Shown piece after piece: positions 31,515 through 40,762 of a DNA stretch of 64,000 bases. How positions within the stretch are numbered: position 1 is the first letter of the stretch; each line of letters begins with the position of its first letter. The position numbers and the translations under genes were made by a program. Where the stretch lies: assembly GCA_041736175.1 (NCBI GenBank), contig JBGSUI010000240.1:32001-96000 (forward strand). The letters are read 5' to 3'. Below the pieces are notes generated by a model, which had not been told where the DNA came from, searched no databases, and worked only from the letters and a program-made list of their open reading frames with translations. The stretch is from Oligoflexales bacterium (GTDB taxonomy: Bacteria > Bdellovibrionota_B > Oligoflexia > Oligoflexales > CAIYRB01).

Positions 31515-32087
31515 TTAAACTCTCCTGAGAAAGTTTTCATGGACAAAAATATTATTTCGACGAAACTCCGGCGGAGATTCCAGCAGCGCCATTGCTTTCA
31601 ACGACTGCATACCAGAGACAAACCAAGGTCGATCGAGAAAGTGCTCACGTTGCGCCCATAAAGGCAGGTTGACCCCAGTCTCATAACACAAAGCGCTGGT
31701 TATCGACGCAAAGAGCGCGTGCAATTTTTGGTCCAGCCCCGGGACCGGTGCTAGCAAGATCAATCGAACATCACAGGTTCGTCTAAATTCATCCACGAAG
31801 TTCATAAAGTGGATTTTCCACGAGTCAAAACCATCGCGAAGGACAGCCAAGGAGACAGCAACGCTGGAACATTCGCTTGCTGGAGGTGCTTCTGGAACGA
31901 ATTCGAGTAAGACCTGACGATTCAATATCATAGCCATTTTTTCAAGATGAATGACTTTAGCGTGTCGAGGTTCCGCTTCGCATCTGCGGAGTGTCTCCCG
32001 TGAAATCCCCGCAGCCATTGCAAGCTCCCGTTCACTCAGCTTTTGCGACTTTCTAAGATTGGTAAGTAACGACATCGCAGCCTCCAT
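31515..32087 (-). CDS. XRE-HTH protein, putative antitoxin partner of the NTase
   Basis: N-terminal HTH (LSERELAMAAGISRETLRRCE); C-terminal PWF..SPPEFRRNNIFV; 2-bp gap to the NTase. Confidence 0.7.
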   Translation of the reverse strand: MEAAMSLLTNLRKSQKLSERELAMAAGISRETLRRCEAEPRHAKVIHLEKMAMILNRQVLLEFVPEAPPASECSSVAVSLAVLRDGFDSWKIHFMNFVDEFRRTCDVRLILLAPVPGLDQKLHALFASITSALCYETGVNLPLWAQREHFLDRPWFVSGMQSLKAMALLESPPEFRRNNIFVHENFLRRV

Positions 32088-32112
32088 TTTCTCTTTGTTA
32101 CTATCGGCGCGA

Positions 32113-32157
32113 TTGGTCTAAAAATCAAGGCATCCCTGGTCTATTTTTTTAGACCAA
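32113..32157. promoter_or_regulatory. operator-like inverted repeats upstream of the HTH-NTase pair
   Basis: TTGGTCTAAAAA (32113-32124) / TTTTTAGACCAA (32146-32157), plus a third TGGTCTA at 32137. Confidence 0.6.
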
Positions 32158-32259
32158 AATATCTATATTCAATACAGTAGATTACCTTTAATAGGCAAGG
32201 TTCTCTACTGATTAACTGGTGGATTTCGTCGACTGCTCCCTGTCAGAAAACCTAGAGTG

Positions 32260-32281
32260 GCTGGACCTGGAAAGCCTTTGA
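32260..32281 (+). repeat. 22-bp direct repeat, copy 1 (GCTGGACCTGGAAAGCCTTTGA)
   Basis: Identical to 33060-33081. Confidence 0.9.
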
Positions 32282-32284
32282 CTA

Positions 32285-33058
32285 CAAGAGCTGGATCAAG
32301 CCTTGTTCCATGGAACTTCCATTGGTGGTGCGCGTCCCAAGGCTCTCATCGAAGACCAAGGAATCAAATACGTCGCAAAATTTTCCTCAAGTTCCGATCT
32401 ATACAGTATCGTGAAAGCTGAATTTATCGCCATGCAACTCGCTGTCGCCGCCGGAATCAATGCGGCCCCCACAAAGCTTGTCCAGGTCGCAAAAAAAGAA
32501 ATTCTCCTTATCGAGCGATTTGATCGGGAAAAAGCCACACATGGATGGGAGCGCAAATCCATGATTTCGGCTCTAACACTCTTTGGTCTTGATGAAATGA
32601 TGGCGCGCTATGCCAGCTATGAAACATTCGCAGAAATCATCCGTCTTCGTTTCGACCATCCAAAAGAAACCCTTAAGGAACTTTTTTCTCGTCTCACCTT
32701 CAATATTCTCTGCGGCAATACCGATGACCACGCTCGCAACCATGCAGCCTTTTGGGATGGGAAAACACTGCGTTTGACCCCAGCATACGATATTTGCCCG
32801 CAACACCGTTCAGGTTCTGAAGCGACACAAGCTATGCTTATTTACGATGACCATAGGTTGAGCAAACTTACAACATGCCTTAAGGCTGCACCTCATTTCC
32901 TCCTTTCGGAAGTTGAAGCCAAAACAATTTTTACGAGACAACGGGAAGCTATCCAAGACAATTGGGCCAAGGTATGCGACATGGCAAACCTGAGCTTGGT
33001 TGAGAGAAACCTATTTTGGAAGCGTCAATTCTTAAACCCTTTTGCCTTTGAGGACTAG
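32285..33058 (+). pseudogene. hipA: 5'-truncated HipA-family kinase toxin
   Basis: (Q)ELDQALFHGTSIGGARPKA, GNTDDHARNH and LTPAYDI motifs. The N-terminal subdomain and hipB are missing; there is an in-frame TGA at 32279-32281. Confidence 0.8.
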
Positions 33059-33059
33059 C

Positions 33060-33081
33060 GCTGGACCTGGAAAGCCTTTGA
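33060..33081 (+). repeat. 22-bp direct repeat, copy 2
   Basis: Identical to 32260-32281; begins 2 nt after the last base of the hipA stop codon. Confidence 0.9.
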
Positions 33082-33186
33082 TCACTCTAGGGGCCTTTTT
33101 AGCCCGTGATCTCACCATCGATATAAGTCTAGAGCGGAATCATGAGACTGACCAACCTATAGGCCAAAAGACCGGTGCCACGTGCA

Positions 33187-34011
33187 TCAATCGGACCAAG
33201 AAAAGAGATCAAATGTCATCTGATAGACTCGATCGGACCGGCTCTCCCGAACTTGGTCCTCGGTTTCTCGCAGGACTTGTAGAAGTCGCTCACGGATCGT
33301 TCGCTCGGTCCCGTGGCTCGCCGAAAAAACCACCGAAATGAATTGGCCTTGGTCTGAGGGCATGCTCTGCATCTTGGCCAGAGCCTTGTTTCGGAGTAAG
33401 AGGCGGTAGGGTCGAAAAAGTTCGGATGAAGTCGGTAGATGGAGCGCATCCTGGAGAACCTCAATGCTTTTGCCGCGAATGGCGACCAGTTCAAGACGCT
33501 CAAGCGTAGTGAGTATGGCACTCAGTTGGGCAGGGCTTAAGGACAGCTTTGACCTTATATCTTCGAGATTTTCCCGGTACCGTTTGACCGTCAGAAACAT
33601 GTGGACCAGCTGAACGTCCGGGTCCAAAAAATAGGGCACCAGTCGATCTGCTGTATCCACGGACACTGACTTTGTCTGGATGTGCTTTTCGGTTCCCAGA
33701 GCCTTGGTCCGCAGGTCCTCGATCTCGGACTGAAGCTCTGAGCGACGCTTAGGCAAAGTCGATCTGCAAAGCTCGTGCAACGCGAAAACAAACCGGCGTT
33801 GATCCTGATGGATGCCGAGAAACTCGCACGCCAGATAGAGCTGGTCTTGGCTCAAGTCGGCATCGTGTTTGAAAACTCGCGACAAATAGGCCTTTTGAAC
33901 CCGACATGCTTTGGCCAAGTCTTGGTAGTTGTGACCCGCGAGCAGGATGCGCTTTTCTTCAATACGCACCTTCAGCAGATCACGGTAGTCACTGAAGTCG
34001 TAGAATTGCAC
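33187..34011 (-). CDS. TIGR02147/DUF4423-family HTH protein (copy 1)
   Basis: FSDYRDLLK..LAKACRVQKAYLSRV..LS N-terminal HTH; C-terminal VYQMTFDLF. GTG start at 34011 preferred. Confidence 0.8.
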   Translation of the reverse strand: MQFYDFSDYRDLLKVRIEEKRILLAGHNYQDLAKACRVQKAYLSRVFKHDADLSQDQLYLACEFLGIHQDQRRFVFALHELCRSTLPKRRSELQSEIEDLRTKALGTEKHIQTKSVSVDTADRLVPYFLDPDVQLVHMFLTVKRYRENLEDIRSKLSLSPAQLSAILTTLERLELVAIRGKSIEVLQDALHLPTSSELFRPYRLLLRNKALAKMQSMPSDQGQFISVVFSASHGTERTIRERLLQVLRETEDQVRESRSDRVYQMTFDLFSWSD

Positions 34012-34057
34012 TGGTCTAGGCCCTTCGGAACGGTATACTAAAAGTACAAAGTTGGTC

Positions 34058-34085
34058 CTGTAGTTGATATATATTATATCTACAG
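34058..34085. promoter_or_regulatory. imperfect inverted repeat in the divergent intergenic region
   Basis: CTGTAGttGATATA-tat-TATATCTACAG. Confidence 0.4.
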
Positions 34086-34159
34086 ACGCCCGGCTACACG
34101 TTATATTAGGGAGTAGGAATAGCAACGCGAAATGACGACAACTAATTTAAGGAGGATGT

Positions 34160-35317
34160 ATGCGCAGGCTGCTTTTGAGTTTTTGGACCATGTTGATGGG
34201 AGCGAACGCCGCTCTTGCCGGGGGCTGGGTTATTGGTGGTGGAGAGGTGTTGCAGGACGCCTATAACCCGTGGTTTATCCAAAACACCTCGGACGTGTCC
34301 TATTGCGTTCAGATTGACCCCAATGCCTTCCATCTCCCTCAAAACTTGGCTGAGATGCGGGTACGGCAGGCGCTTGACTACTGGAAGGACGAGTTTTCCC
34401 GTTCGGTCTCGATGAACGTCAACGGAATGCCGGTGCAGGTTGCAACGCAGAGTTTTCATTTAGTCAACTGTCTAGCGGGGGCGGACATCACATTCCAATT
34501 GGGTTGGCTGACGGACAGTCAAAAGACCCAGATCGGTGATCCCACGCATTTCGTGGCCACAACCGTCCGGACTTACTATGACAGGGTAAACCTCAAGGGC
34601 AAAGGCTTTATCTACGTCGCCGCTGACTCCGGGCCGCTCAAGCCATCCAGCAATCAGATCGCGGCAATGCCGTGGAACCTCGCTGATGGCGGTCTCCTCT
34701 ACCGGGTTCTCGTGCACGAACTTGGCCACGTCTTCGGGCTAGTCGACTCGGCAAGCTTACCTAATTCGCTCCAAGGTACGGGCATGATGAGCGGGGCCTA
34801 TCCTGAATATATGCTCAATAAACAGTGGGCTGCGAGGGGGGCAGAAGACTTACGAATGCCAAACTACTTTAAATCTAACGCTGACGGCCTCATGAGCATC
34901 ATGGTATCTTGCAGCGGAGGACAACTCCAAGCGACAAAAGCAGCATTTTACGGCATCAACCCAACTTGGAAATGTCTCACAATTGACTATCAGCCTGGCA
35001 AGATGACAGTCCTGGCAGCTGCGGACGACGATGGGGAAACCAATACGTATCAGATGGTTGGTACCGCGATCCTCGATGGCGCTAAGTCCTTTCGGTTGGA
35101 AAACTCCATTCTTGTTTGGCTTCCGCCCGAGCAAATTGTGTTCCCTAACCCCGAGCAGAACATATACACATGGGGTCCGATGATCGTTTACGAAACAGTG
35201 AAGGGAATCTATAGGTCAGTTGACGGCAAGATCACCAGACCCGTCCTTGTGACGATGCCGCTCAATGAAACTAGGGGGAGTGTCATCGGCGTCATGGACG
35301 GACAGTTGTGGCCATGA
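34160..35317 (+). CDS. secreted metzincin-like metallopeptidase (copy 1)
   Basis: Signal peptide; HELGHVFGLVD; Met-turn-like GMMS; strong AAGGAGG RBS. Confidence 0.75.
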   Translation: MRRLLLSFWTMLMGANAALAGGWVIGGGEVLQDAYNPWFIQNTSDVSYCVQIDPNAFHLPQNLAEMRVRQALDYWKDEFSRSVSMNVNGMPVQVATQSFHLVNCLAGADITFQLGWLTDSQKTQIGDPTHFVATTVRTYYDRVNLKGKGFIYVAADSGPLKPSSNQIAAMPWNLADGGLLYRVLVHELGHVFGLVDSASLPNSLQGTGMMSGAYPEYMLNKQWAARGAEDLRMPNYFKSNADGLMSIMVSCSGGQLQATKAAFYGINPTWKCLTIDYQPGKMTVLAAADDDGETNTYQMVGTAILDGAKSFRLENSILVWLPPEQIVFPNPEQNIYTWGPMIVYETVKGIYRSVDGKITRPVLVTMPLNETRGSVIGVMDGQLWP

Positions 35318-35575
35318 ACATCCACCGAAGTTGGTCGCGCCAAAATAGCTGTGTTTTTCCGTTCTCAAAACCTTGTCAATGATTTTTAAGATATTTACAG
35401 ATGACACCACTTCTGCGGCAGCTTAGCGTCGCGCAGCAATTTTTGCTGAACCTGCCGCAAGTGACATCACCGTCCCCTCCAAGCCCAGCCACTCCCTGCC
35501 GGCACGCAAAAAACCCTCGAAAAACATACCCAGAATCCAAGGTACTGAAGCACGGGTCATGCAAAATCGGCAAAC

Positions 35576-35675
35576 CTGGACAATCAGATCGAACAAAACC
35601 CAAGCCACCATCGGCGCCGCTGCCGCTGTATTAGTGGTCATAAAAGCCAGGACGGCCGTCTCATTGGCAGCTAAG
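35576..35675 (-). pseudogene. ammonium transporter (Amt) fragment
   Basis: LAANETAVLAFMTTNTAAAAPMVAWVLFDLI resembles the AmtB TM7/8 region. Confidence 0.6.
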
Positions 35676-35873
35676 GGCCCGACCCAAGAGGACCACATCA
35701 GCACTCCCTTCTTCTATGATTTGCTGGGCAGCCGCTGGAGTTTGGATCTGACCCACGGCCATGGATGCGATGGATTGGGTCAGGGAGTTTGACTGTTTCA
35801 CCGCGCGGGCAAAGGGCACCTGGTACAGGGGTTGATCCCCTGGAATCTGCGCATGGGGCACCGTGCCCCCCCC
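35670..35873 (-). pseudogene. NADH:flavin oxidoreductase (Old Yellow Enzyme, YqjM-like) C-terminal fragment
   Basis: GGTVPHAQIP..YQVPFARAVK..MAVGQI..AQQIIEEGSADVVLLGRAL. Confidence 0.7.
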
Positions 35874-35956
35874 ATCGCACTCATCAATTTAGTGGATGAC
35901 CAAAGGAAGTGGTTTAAAGCCAAAATAGATCTTGAGGCAAAACAGACCTGCTAGAA

Positions 35957-37138
35957 CTATTTTTCTAGGCTCCGCCGCAGCTGATTAAGTCCATCAACCC
36001 AATAAATAGCGCTGATGTTGTCTATGTCCCGGTGGATCTTGTCTTGGGACCACAGCTCAAACTGAGCGTTAGGCCAGTCCCGCCTTACTATTTTTAGGTT
36101 CTTAGCTAGGGATTCAGCACAATTTTTCGAGGACTTAATCTCGATAAACTTAATCGTCTGTCCTGGTATTTCGATGACAAGATCGACCTCGATATCATTT
36201 TCATCTTTGTAGAATGACACCTTTGCCTCAGGGGCATGATAGCGAAGTGTGTGAATCACCTGAGTTACGATCAGTTGCTCAAAAACCTCGCCATATAAGG
36301 ATGTTCCCGGAGTTAATGCTACGCTTAGGGTTCGGCCCATGGCGCGGCATACTCCCGTGTCAAAAAAATAAAACTTTGGTGATTTCACTAATCGTTTGCG
36401 AAATGATAGTGAAAAAGGCAAGACTAAATGTCCTAGCAAGGTATCTTCGAGTATCGTGTAGTAAGACCCAACTGTCTTTGGATCAACACCGATTCCCGAG
36501 GCAATGTTAGAGTTATTGATGATTTTTCCGTTTAATTGGGCTGCAACTTCGATGAATTTGCGAAATGGGTCAAGATTGCGGACAATCTGCTCACGTTGAA
36601 TTTCTTCGCTGATATAGGTGCGCACATAGCTTATCAAATAATCAAGCTTTTCTTCGTCATCATTGAGGGCAGTGACAAAGGGTAAAGTCCCCCAGGCCAT
36701 TGCAGTTTCCGTTTCAATCGATCCATCGAGTTCTTCCCATACAAGCGGAAATAAATCACGGACAAAAGCCCGTCCCGCTAACAGGTTGGCACTTCCCTTC
36801 TTGAGTTTTCTGCCACTTGATCCTGTTAAGACAAATCGATATTTGGGAGGATTGTTTTCTAGATAGTGATGCACCACATCAAGTAATTTTGGTACCTTTT
36901 GGACTTCGTCCAAGATCACGGTATCGATGTCAGGTGGGAGTTTTTTTAGCTCACCAAGTAGCAGCTCAGGATCCCGTGCAAAGCGTTCTTCCACCGAGGG
37001 CAAAAGTAGATCCAACAGGTAGACTTGGCTCTTTAGGAAGCGCTGTCGCAACAGGGTACTTTTGCCGGTCCCGCGGGCACCAAAAAGGAAAAAACTCTTT
37101 GATTTAGGTATATTAACAGATCGATCGAACAAGACCAT
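35957..37138 (-). CDS. AAA_14 ATPase with DUF4143 C-terminal domain
   Basis: GARGTGKST, ILDEVQK, LTGSS, LAGR, KFYFFDTG and EVDLV..IEIK motifs. Confidence 0.9.
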   Translation of the reverse strand: MVLFDRSVNIPKSKSFFLFGARGTGKSTLLRQRFLKSQVYLLDLLLPSVEERFARDPELLLGELKKLPPDIDTVILDEVQKVPKLLDVVHHYLENNPPKYRFVLTGSSGRKLKKGSANLLAGRAFVRDLFPLVWEELDGSIETETAMAWGTLPFVTALNDDEEKLDYLISYVRTYISEEIQREQIVRNLDPFRKFIEVAAQLNGKIINNSNIASGIGVDPKTVGSYYTILEDTLLGHLVLPFSLSFRKRLVKSPKFYFFDTGVCRAMGRTLSVALTPGTSLYGEVFEQLIVTQVIHTLRYHAPEAKVSFYKDENDIEVDLVIEIPGQTIKFIEIKSSKNCAESLAKNLKIVRRDWPNAQFELWSQDKIHRDIDNISAIYWVDGLNQLRRSLEK

Positions 37139-37201
37139 ACTCCTAAAAAAAGGTCTATTTCAGGAGTCTATCCCTAAAATGAGGTCCGAGCAAGCATCGG
37201 C

Positions 37202-37504
37202 TTGCCCCGGGACCACCGAACCTTCACCCAAGGCATTTCGAATTTAGGCCCGATTTCCATATTGGAACTCATCACGGTCAATCTAGAATTACAAAAAATT
37301 CGTGTTTACTCCACTGGTAACTCGGCTTCCATCGAGATCAAAGTGCCTAAGGGTGCCTCGGTGAAAGCATTTGATTTTGGCTTTGGAGCGTTGCCAGGGG
37401 ATATCACCTTCTCGGGCGAGGGTACTTGTGACTGTGCCAAAGGCACCACCTGGAGTGGAAACCAGTTTTCAACTCTGACCTGTGCCGGTAAAAAGATCAA
37501 TTAA
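37202..37504 (+). CDS. hypothetical protein or fragment
   Basis: 100-aa ORF with a beta-rich, Cys-containing C-terminus and no clear start. Confidence 0.3.
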   Translation: MPRDHRTFTQGISNLGPISILELITVNLELQKIRVYSTGNSASIEIKVPKGASVKAFDFGFGALPGDITFSGEGTCDCAKGTTWSGNQFSTLTCAGKKIN

Positions 37505-38159
37505 GAGCTTAAAAACTTAGATTATAAGACTTTTGGTCATTTTTTGCCTGGGGGCCTTTTAGGGCAGCATATGTCCATCGCCTCCAGGTAAAAGTTCGTT
37601 TACAACAAAAGTCCTATGAGACGAGATGACTACACCTATTTAACAGCAGTCGCAACCCAGGTCCTAAACCGCTGGTTGCCCATAGTAAACCCAATTCGAG
37701 CAAAGGACGTGTCCGATGGCCTGACTCCTCCTGCCATTCTCCCTTCGGAGTCTCCGAGCTTCCCGTGGTTCCAAGTGGGCCTATAGAGAATGTAGGACAT
37801 TCAATGCATGTTGCTTTTTTGAAAATGCCTGTTGCTTTTTAACTGATTGATCCTTCGTCACCCATTTGTCCATGGACAGGGCCATACTCATCACTCAAAT
37901 CAGATTGCGCTGACAAAGAGGAAGCAAACAAAAAATCTATTAAATATAAGAACAAAAGTCAAGCCGCCGAGAAATGGCGTCGAGAGAGAGACGCAAAATG
38001 TGGAGAAAACAACAAAGCATCCCATCACTTCAGCAACAAAAAAAAACCGAAGCGAACCCCCCGATGACATCAAGGAATTCGCTTCTAAAAGGAGACGATG
38101 AAACGCTATAGGAAATGGCCAAGGAACCTCAGCCATTAAACCTCACGGGAGACAGTCGC

Positions 38160-39398
38160 TTAGAGCTCACACCCAATCACTTCGCGCTTAACAATCTGCT
38201 GAAGAGCTTGGGTGAGACCCTGGGCATCCACCACTTCGTAGCTTTTGCGGTCGCAGAGAGTGACTCCATCGGCACAAGCACGGTCTACTTTGCTACTGAT
38301 CTTAAGCAAGGTGCTCGGCTCAGGATCGCCGCCGCCGGTGGCTCGACCGACGATGGAGTCTATATAGGCTGTAAAATCACTAAACTTATTTTCGTCGTAC
38401 CAATGTTGGCCACTGGTAGCGAAATATTGGTCGTCGATTCCTTTCATCATAACCCTATGCTTTTCGGCCCGGGCTAAGCGTGAGTCCTTGGCAGGATAAT
38501 AGACGGTAAAGATCTCAATCCCCCCAGCCATAAGCGCCTCAGCCTGGGCTGCGGCAAGACCGGGGTTGCGATCAGTGGCTTCGCCGTCCGTTACAAAAAG
38601 GGCGACCTTAGACCGTTGGTCGTCAGGTGTTGACTTAAAGACTTGCTCAAGACTTGCCATGGCAGAACCATAGGGGGTCATCCCGTAGGGTGACCGGGTA
38701 AACTGAAGAGAAGTTTGGAATTCTGAACGTTTGTCTTGGGTCGTATCCATAAACGATTTTTCGATTTTAGATCCCGATACATAATCAGCTTGGGTCGGGA
38801 AGGACGTCACTGCCAACTGGGATTTAGCCAGCGGATTGGCAGCATCCGACTCGGCCACGCCTTTAAGCAAATCATAGACGGCCAGAGCTGCTTTTTCTCG
38901 GTTGGTTTCGAGGGTGCATTTATAGAGAGACGATCCGTTAAATTCACCTGTTTTGATAGCTCCAGGGCAATCAGTCTCAGCATTGGAGTTGGAGTTATCG
39001 ACCACAATGACCATCTTGGTACCCGTGCGTTTTTCTGTAGGGGTGCATTTTGGCACCTCTTTAGGCACGGTTGCTATTCCCGTTCCGGGAGCTGGCTCTG
39101 TAGGTGGTTTGGGCTCTTGGGGAGGAGCCACCACAGGTGGAGCCTCACCCCCCGGGGCAGGTTGCACCGGCTTAGGCAGCTCCGCTACTTCGGTCTCGCC
39201 TACACCTATTCCGCCCTCCTCGGGCTTTTTTACCTCAGGAGTCGGCTTCTCGGCCTGATCCACCGGAGGCGCGGGAGGCGTCGCCGTGGTGACCGGAGAG
39301 TCTTGCCCCCTCTCTGGGGTCTTGCCTGAAAACTTGGCCGTGCTACAGGACCAAGTGACAGAACTTAGCACAATCATTGACAGGATTTTGTTTTCCAT
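38160..39398 (-). CDS. vWA-domain lipoprotein with a Pro-rich linker
   Basis: Lipobox TWSC, PPAPP/EPKPP linker, DNSNS MIDAS, MTPY and VTDGE. Start placed at 39398. Confidence 0.75.
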   Translation of the reverse strand: MENKILSMIVLSSVTWSCSTAKFSGKTPERGQDSPVTTATPPAPPVDQAEKPTPEVKKPEEGGIGVGETEVAELPKPVQPAPGGEAPPVVAPPQEPKPPTEPAPGTGIATVPKEVPKCTPTEKRTGTKMVIVVDNSNSNAETDCPGAIKTGEFNGSSLYKCTLETNREKAALAVYDLLKGVAESDAANPLAKSQLAVTSFPTQADYVSGSKIEKSFMDTTQDKRSEFQTSLQFTRSPYGMTPYGSAMASLEQVFKSTPDDQRSKVALFVTDGEATDRNPGLAAAQAEALMAGGIEIFTVYYPAKDSRLARAEKHRVMMKGIDDQYFATSGQHWYDENKFSDFTAYIDSIVGRATGGGDPEPSTLLKISSKVDRACADGVTLCDRKSYEVVDAQGLTQALQQIVKREVIGCEL

Positions 39399-39862
39399 AG
39401 ATCCACGCACTTCTAAATGGCTTCGTTTCAGCATCATCATCCACCCACATTCCACAGCAATTGTTAGCGCATCTCTTGATATTAATGATACTCATTGATA
39501 TCATTTTTTATCGATTAGCCCATTGAGCTAACCTAACTATTATTTACTATATAAATTTATTTAAATCAACTAATTTTTTGTTTATTTAAACTGTATAAAG
39601 TATAGACACCTGTAGAACAGGGCCACCGTCAACCCCATGAAAAAGCTACCCCAAAAGTTCGAAAAACAGACGCAAGGATCCTAATCCCGTGTTTTTCCGC
39701 AAACTCAGCGAACGGCATCATTAGATCAGGGTGTCAAGCATGAAAAAATTCATCCACCTGTCCCATACTCGCAAACTAGCACTGGACCCGTCGCCAAGCC
39801 AAAAGACACTTGAGCAGATCCTGTGGCCGTCGACCATTACGGAAGCACGCTGCCTTTGATTT

Positions 39863-40273
39863 CTAAAGAGTGACAACCAGATTTTTTGGTAACCTGCGTG
39901 CTGCTTCTTTATCTGCTGTAAGCCATACTCCGCCAACTTCTTTGGCGGTGACCACGTAAATAGAATCGTAAACACTGATTCCATACTCGCAGGCAAGGGC
40001 CGAAGCCTTGAGCAAAAAGCCGCCGGCAGTCGGTAAGATCTGGAAACCAAGATCAATGACGGTTTGCAAAGCATTGTTGACGAAGGATTTCGTCCATTTT
40101 GACTTGCGCACGAGGACAGCCGCCATTTCGATAAAAAATAGATCAGGGACAATGACCATCTCGGGCTGATCGCCAATTTTACGCAAAATCTCGGCAGCCT
40201 CTTGGTGACCTATCTCGCTGCGATAAAACCATTTAACGGCGACCGACGCATCCAAAACAAAAAGCTGCGTCAT
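39863..40273 (-). CDS. vapC: VapC/PIN-domain toxin
   Basis: VLDASVAVKW, E, YDSIY and LTAD PIN residues; ATG overlaps the antitoxin stop. Confidence 0.85.
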   Translation of the reverse strand: MTQLFVLDASVAVKWFYRSEIGHQEAAEILRKIGDQPEMVIVPDLFFIEMAAVLVRKSKWTKSFVNNALQTVIDLGFQILPTAGGFLLKASALACEYGISVYDSIYVVTAKEVGGVWLTADKEAARRLPKNLVVTL

Positions 40274-40548
40274 AACTTTTTCTGCCCCCCGCGTAGCTCG
40301 CGTAATATATCTTCTGCCGGGCATGGATCATCAGCAATAGCCGCGGAGTCCAGTATTTTTTTAATCAGCGCTATGCGTCGCTCATGGGCGTCGCGATCAA
40401 CAAAGCGCATCTGATAATCCTCAAGTGAGATCAAGACGGCTGCTGGTTTGCGCCCATTCTCCACTAAGATCGGCTCGCCAGTACGGCGCAAGGTGGCGAG
40501 CACCTTAGTCACGGACTGCCTTAGAGTTAAGCTACTGATTGTTTTCAT
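40270..40548 (-). CDS. Phd/YefM-family antitoxin
   Basis: MKTIS..LR..GEPILVE.GRKPAAVLISLEDY. Confidence 0.85.
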   Translation of the reverse strand: MKTISSLTLRQSVTKVLATLRRTGEPILVENGRKPAAVLISLEDYQMRFVDRDAHERRIALIKKILDSAAIADDPCPAEDILRELRGGQKKL

Positions 40549-40561
40549 GAATGACTCCAAT

Positions 40562-40599
40562 GTGTCATCAATCATGACACGTGGCATGTCCTATGTCAA
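40562..40599 (-). promoter_or_regulatory. sigma70 promoter with an overlapping operator palindrome
   Basis: TTGACA-N17-CATGAT on the minus strand; GTGTCAT-N5-ATGACAC (40562-40580) covers the -10. Confidence 0.7.
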
Positions 40600-40762
40600 A
40601 TATCTTGGTTGAAGTGGTTGAATTGCCAGAGGTGGAAGCAAATACGGTGGTGTCTCCTGGCACGGCAGATTCCTCGTCGTTTTTTTCCACAGCAAGGAAG
40701 CCTCATGGCAAAACAAGATAAATATCGGGACCCTGTATTACAGCGAGTCAAAAAGCAACTTT

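Noticed and set aside
32260..33081. CRISPR array or IS ends suggested by the 22-bp repeat
   Set aside because: Only two copies, 800 bp apart and in direct orientation; no cas or transposase gene.
37715..37785. Cobalamin-riboswitch-like words on the minus strand (GCCCACTTGG..GGGAAG..GAGTCAG)
   Set aside because: The upstream AGGGAA/GGTG/CCC core and the GACCTGCC box are absent, and no B12-related gene lies downstream.
38736..39329. 197-aa plus-strand ORF and the many other antisense or nested ORFs in the track
   Set aside because: They lie opposite or inside well-supported genes and have no motifs or RBS, so they are shadow frames.
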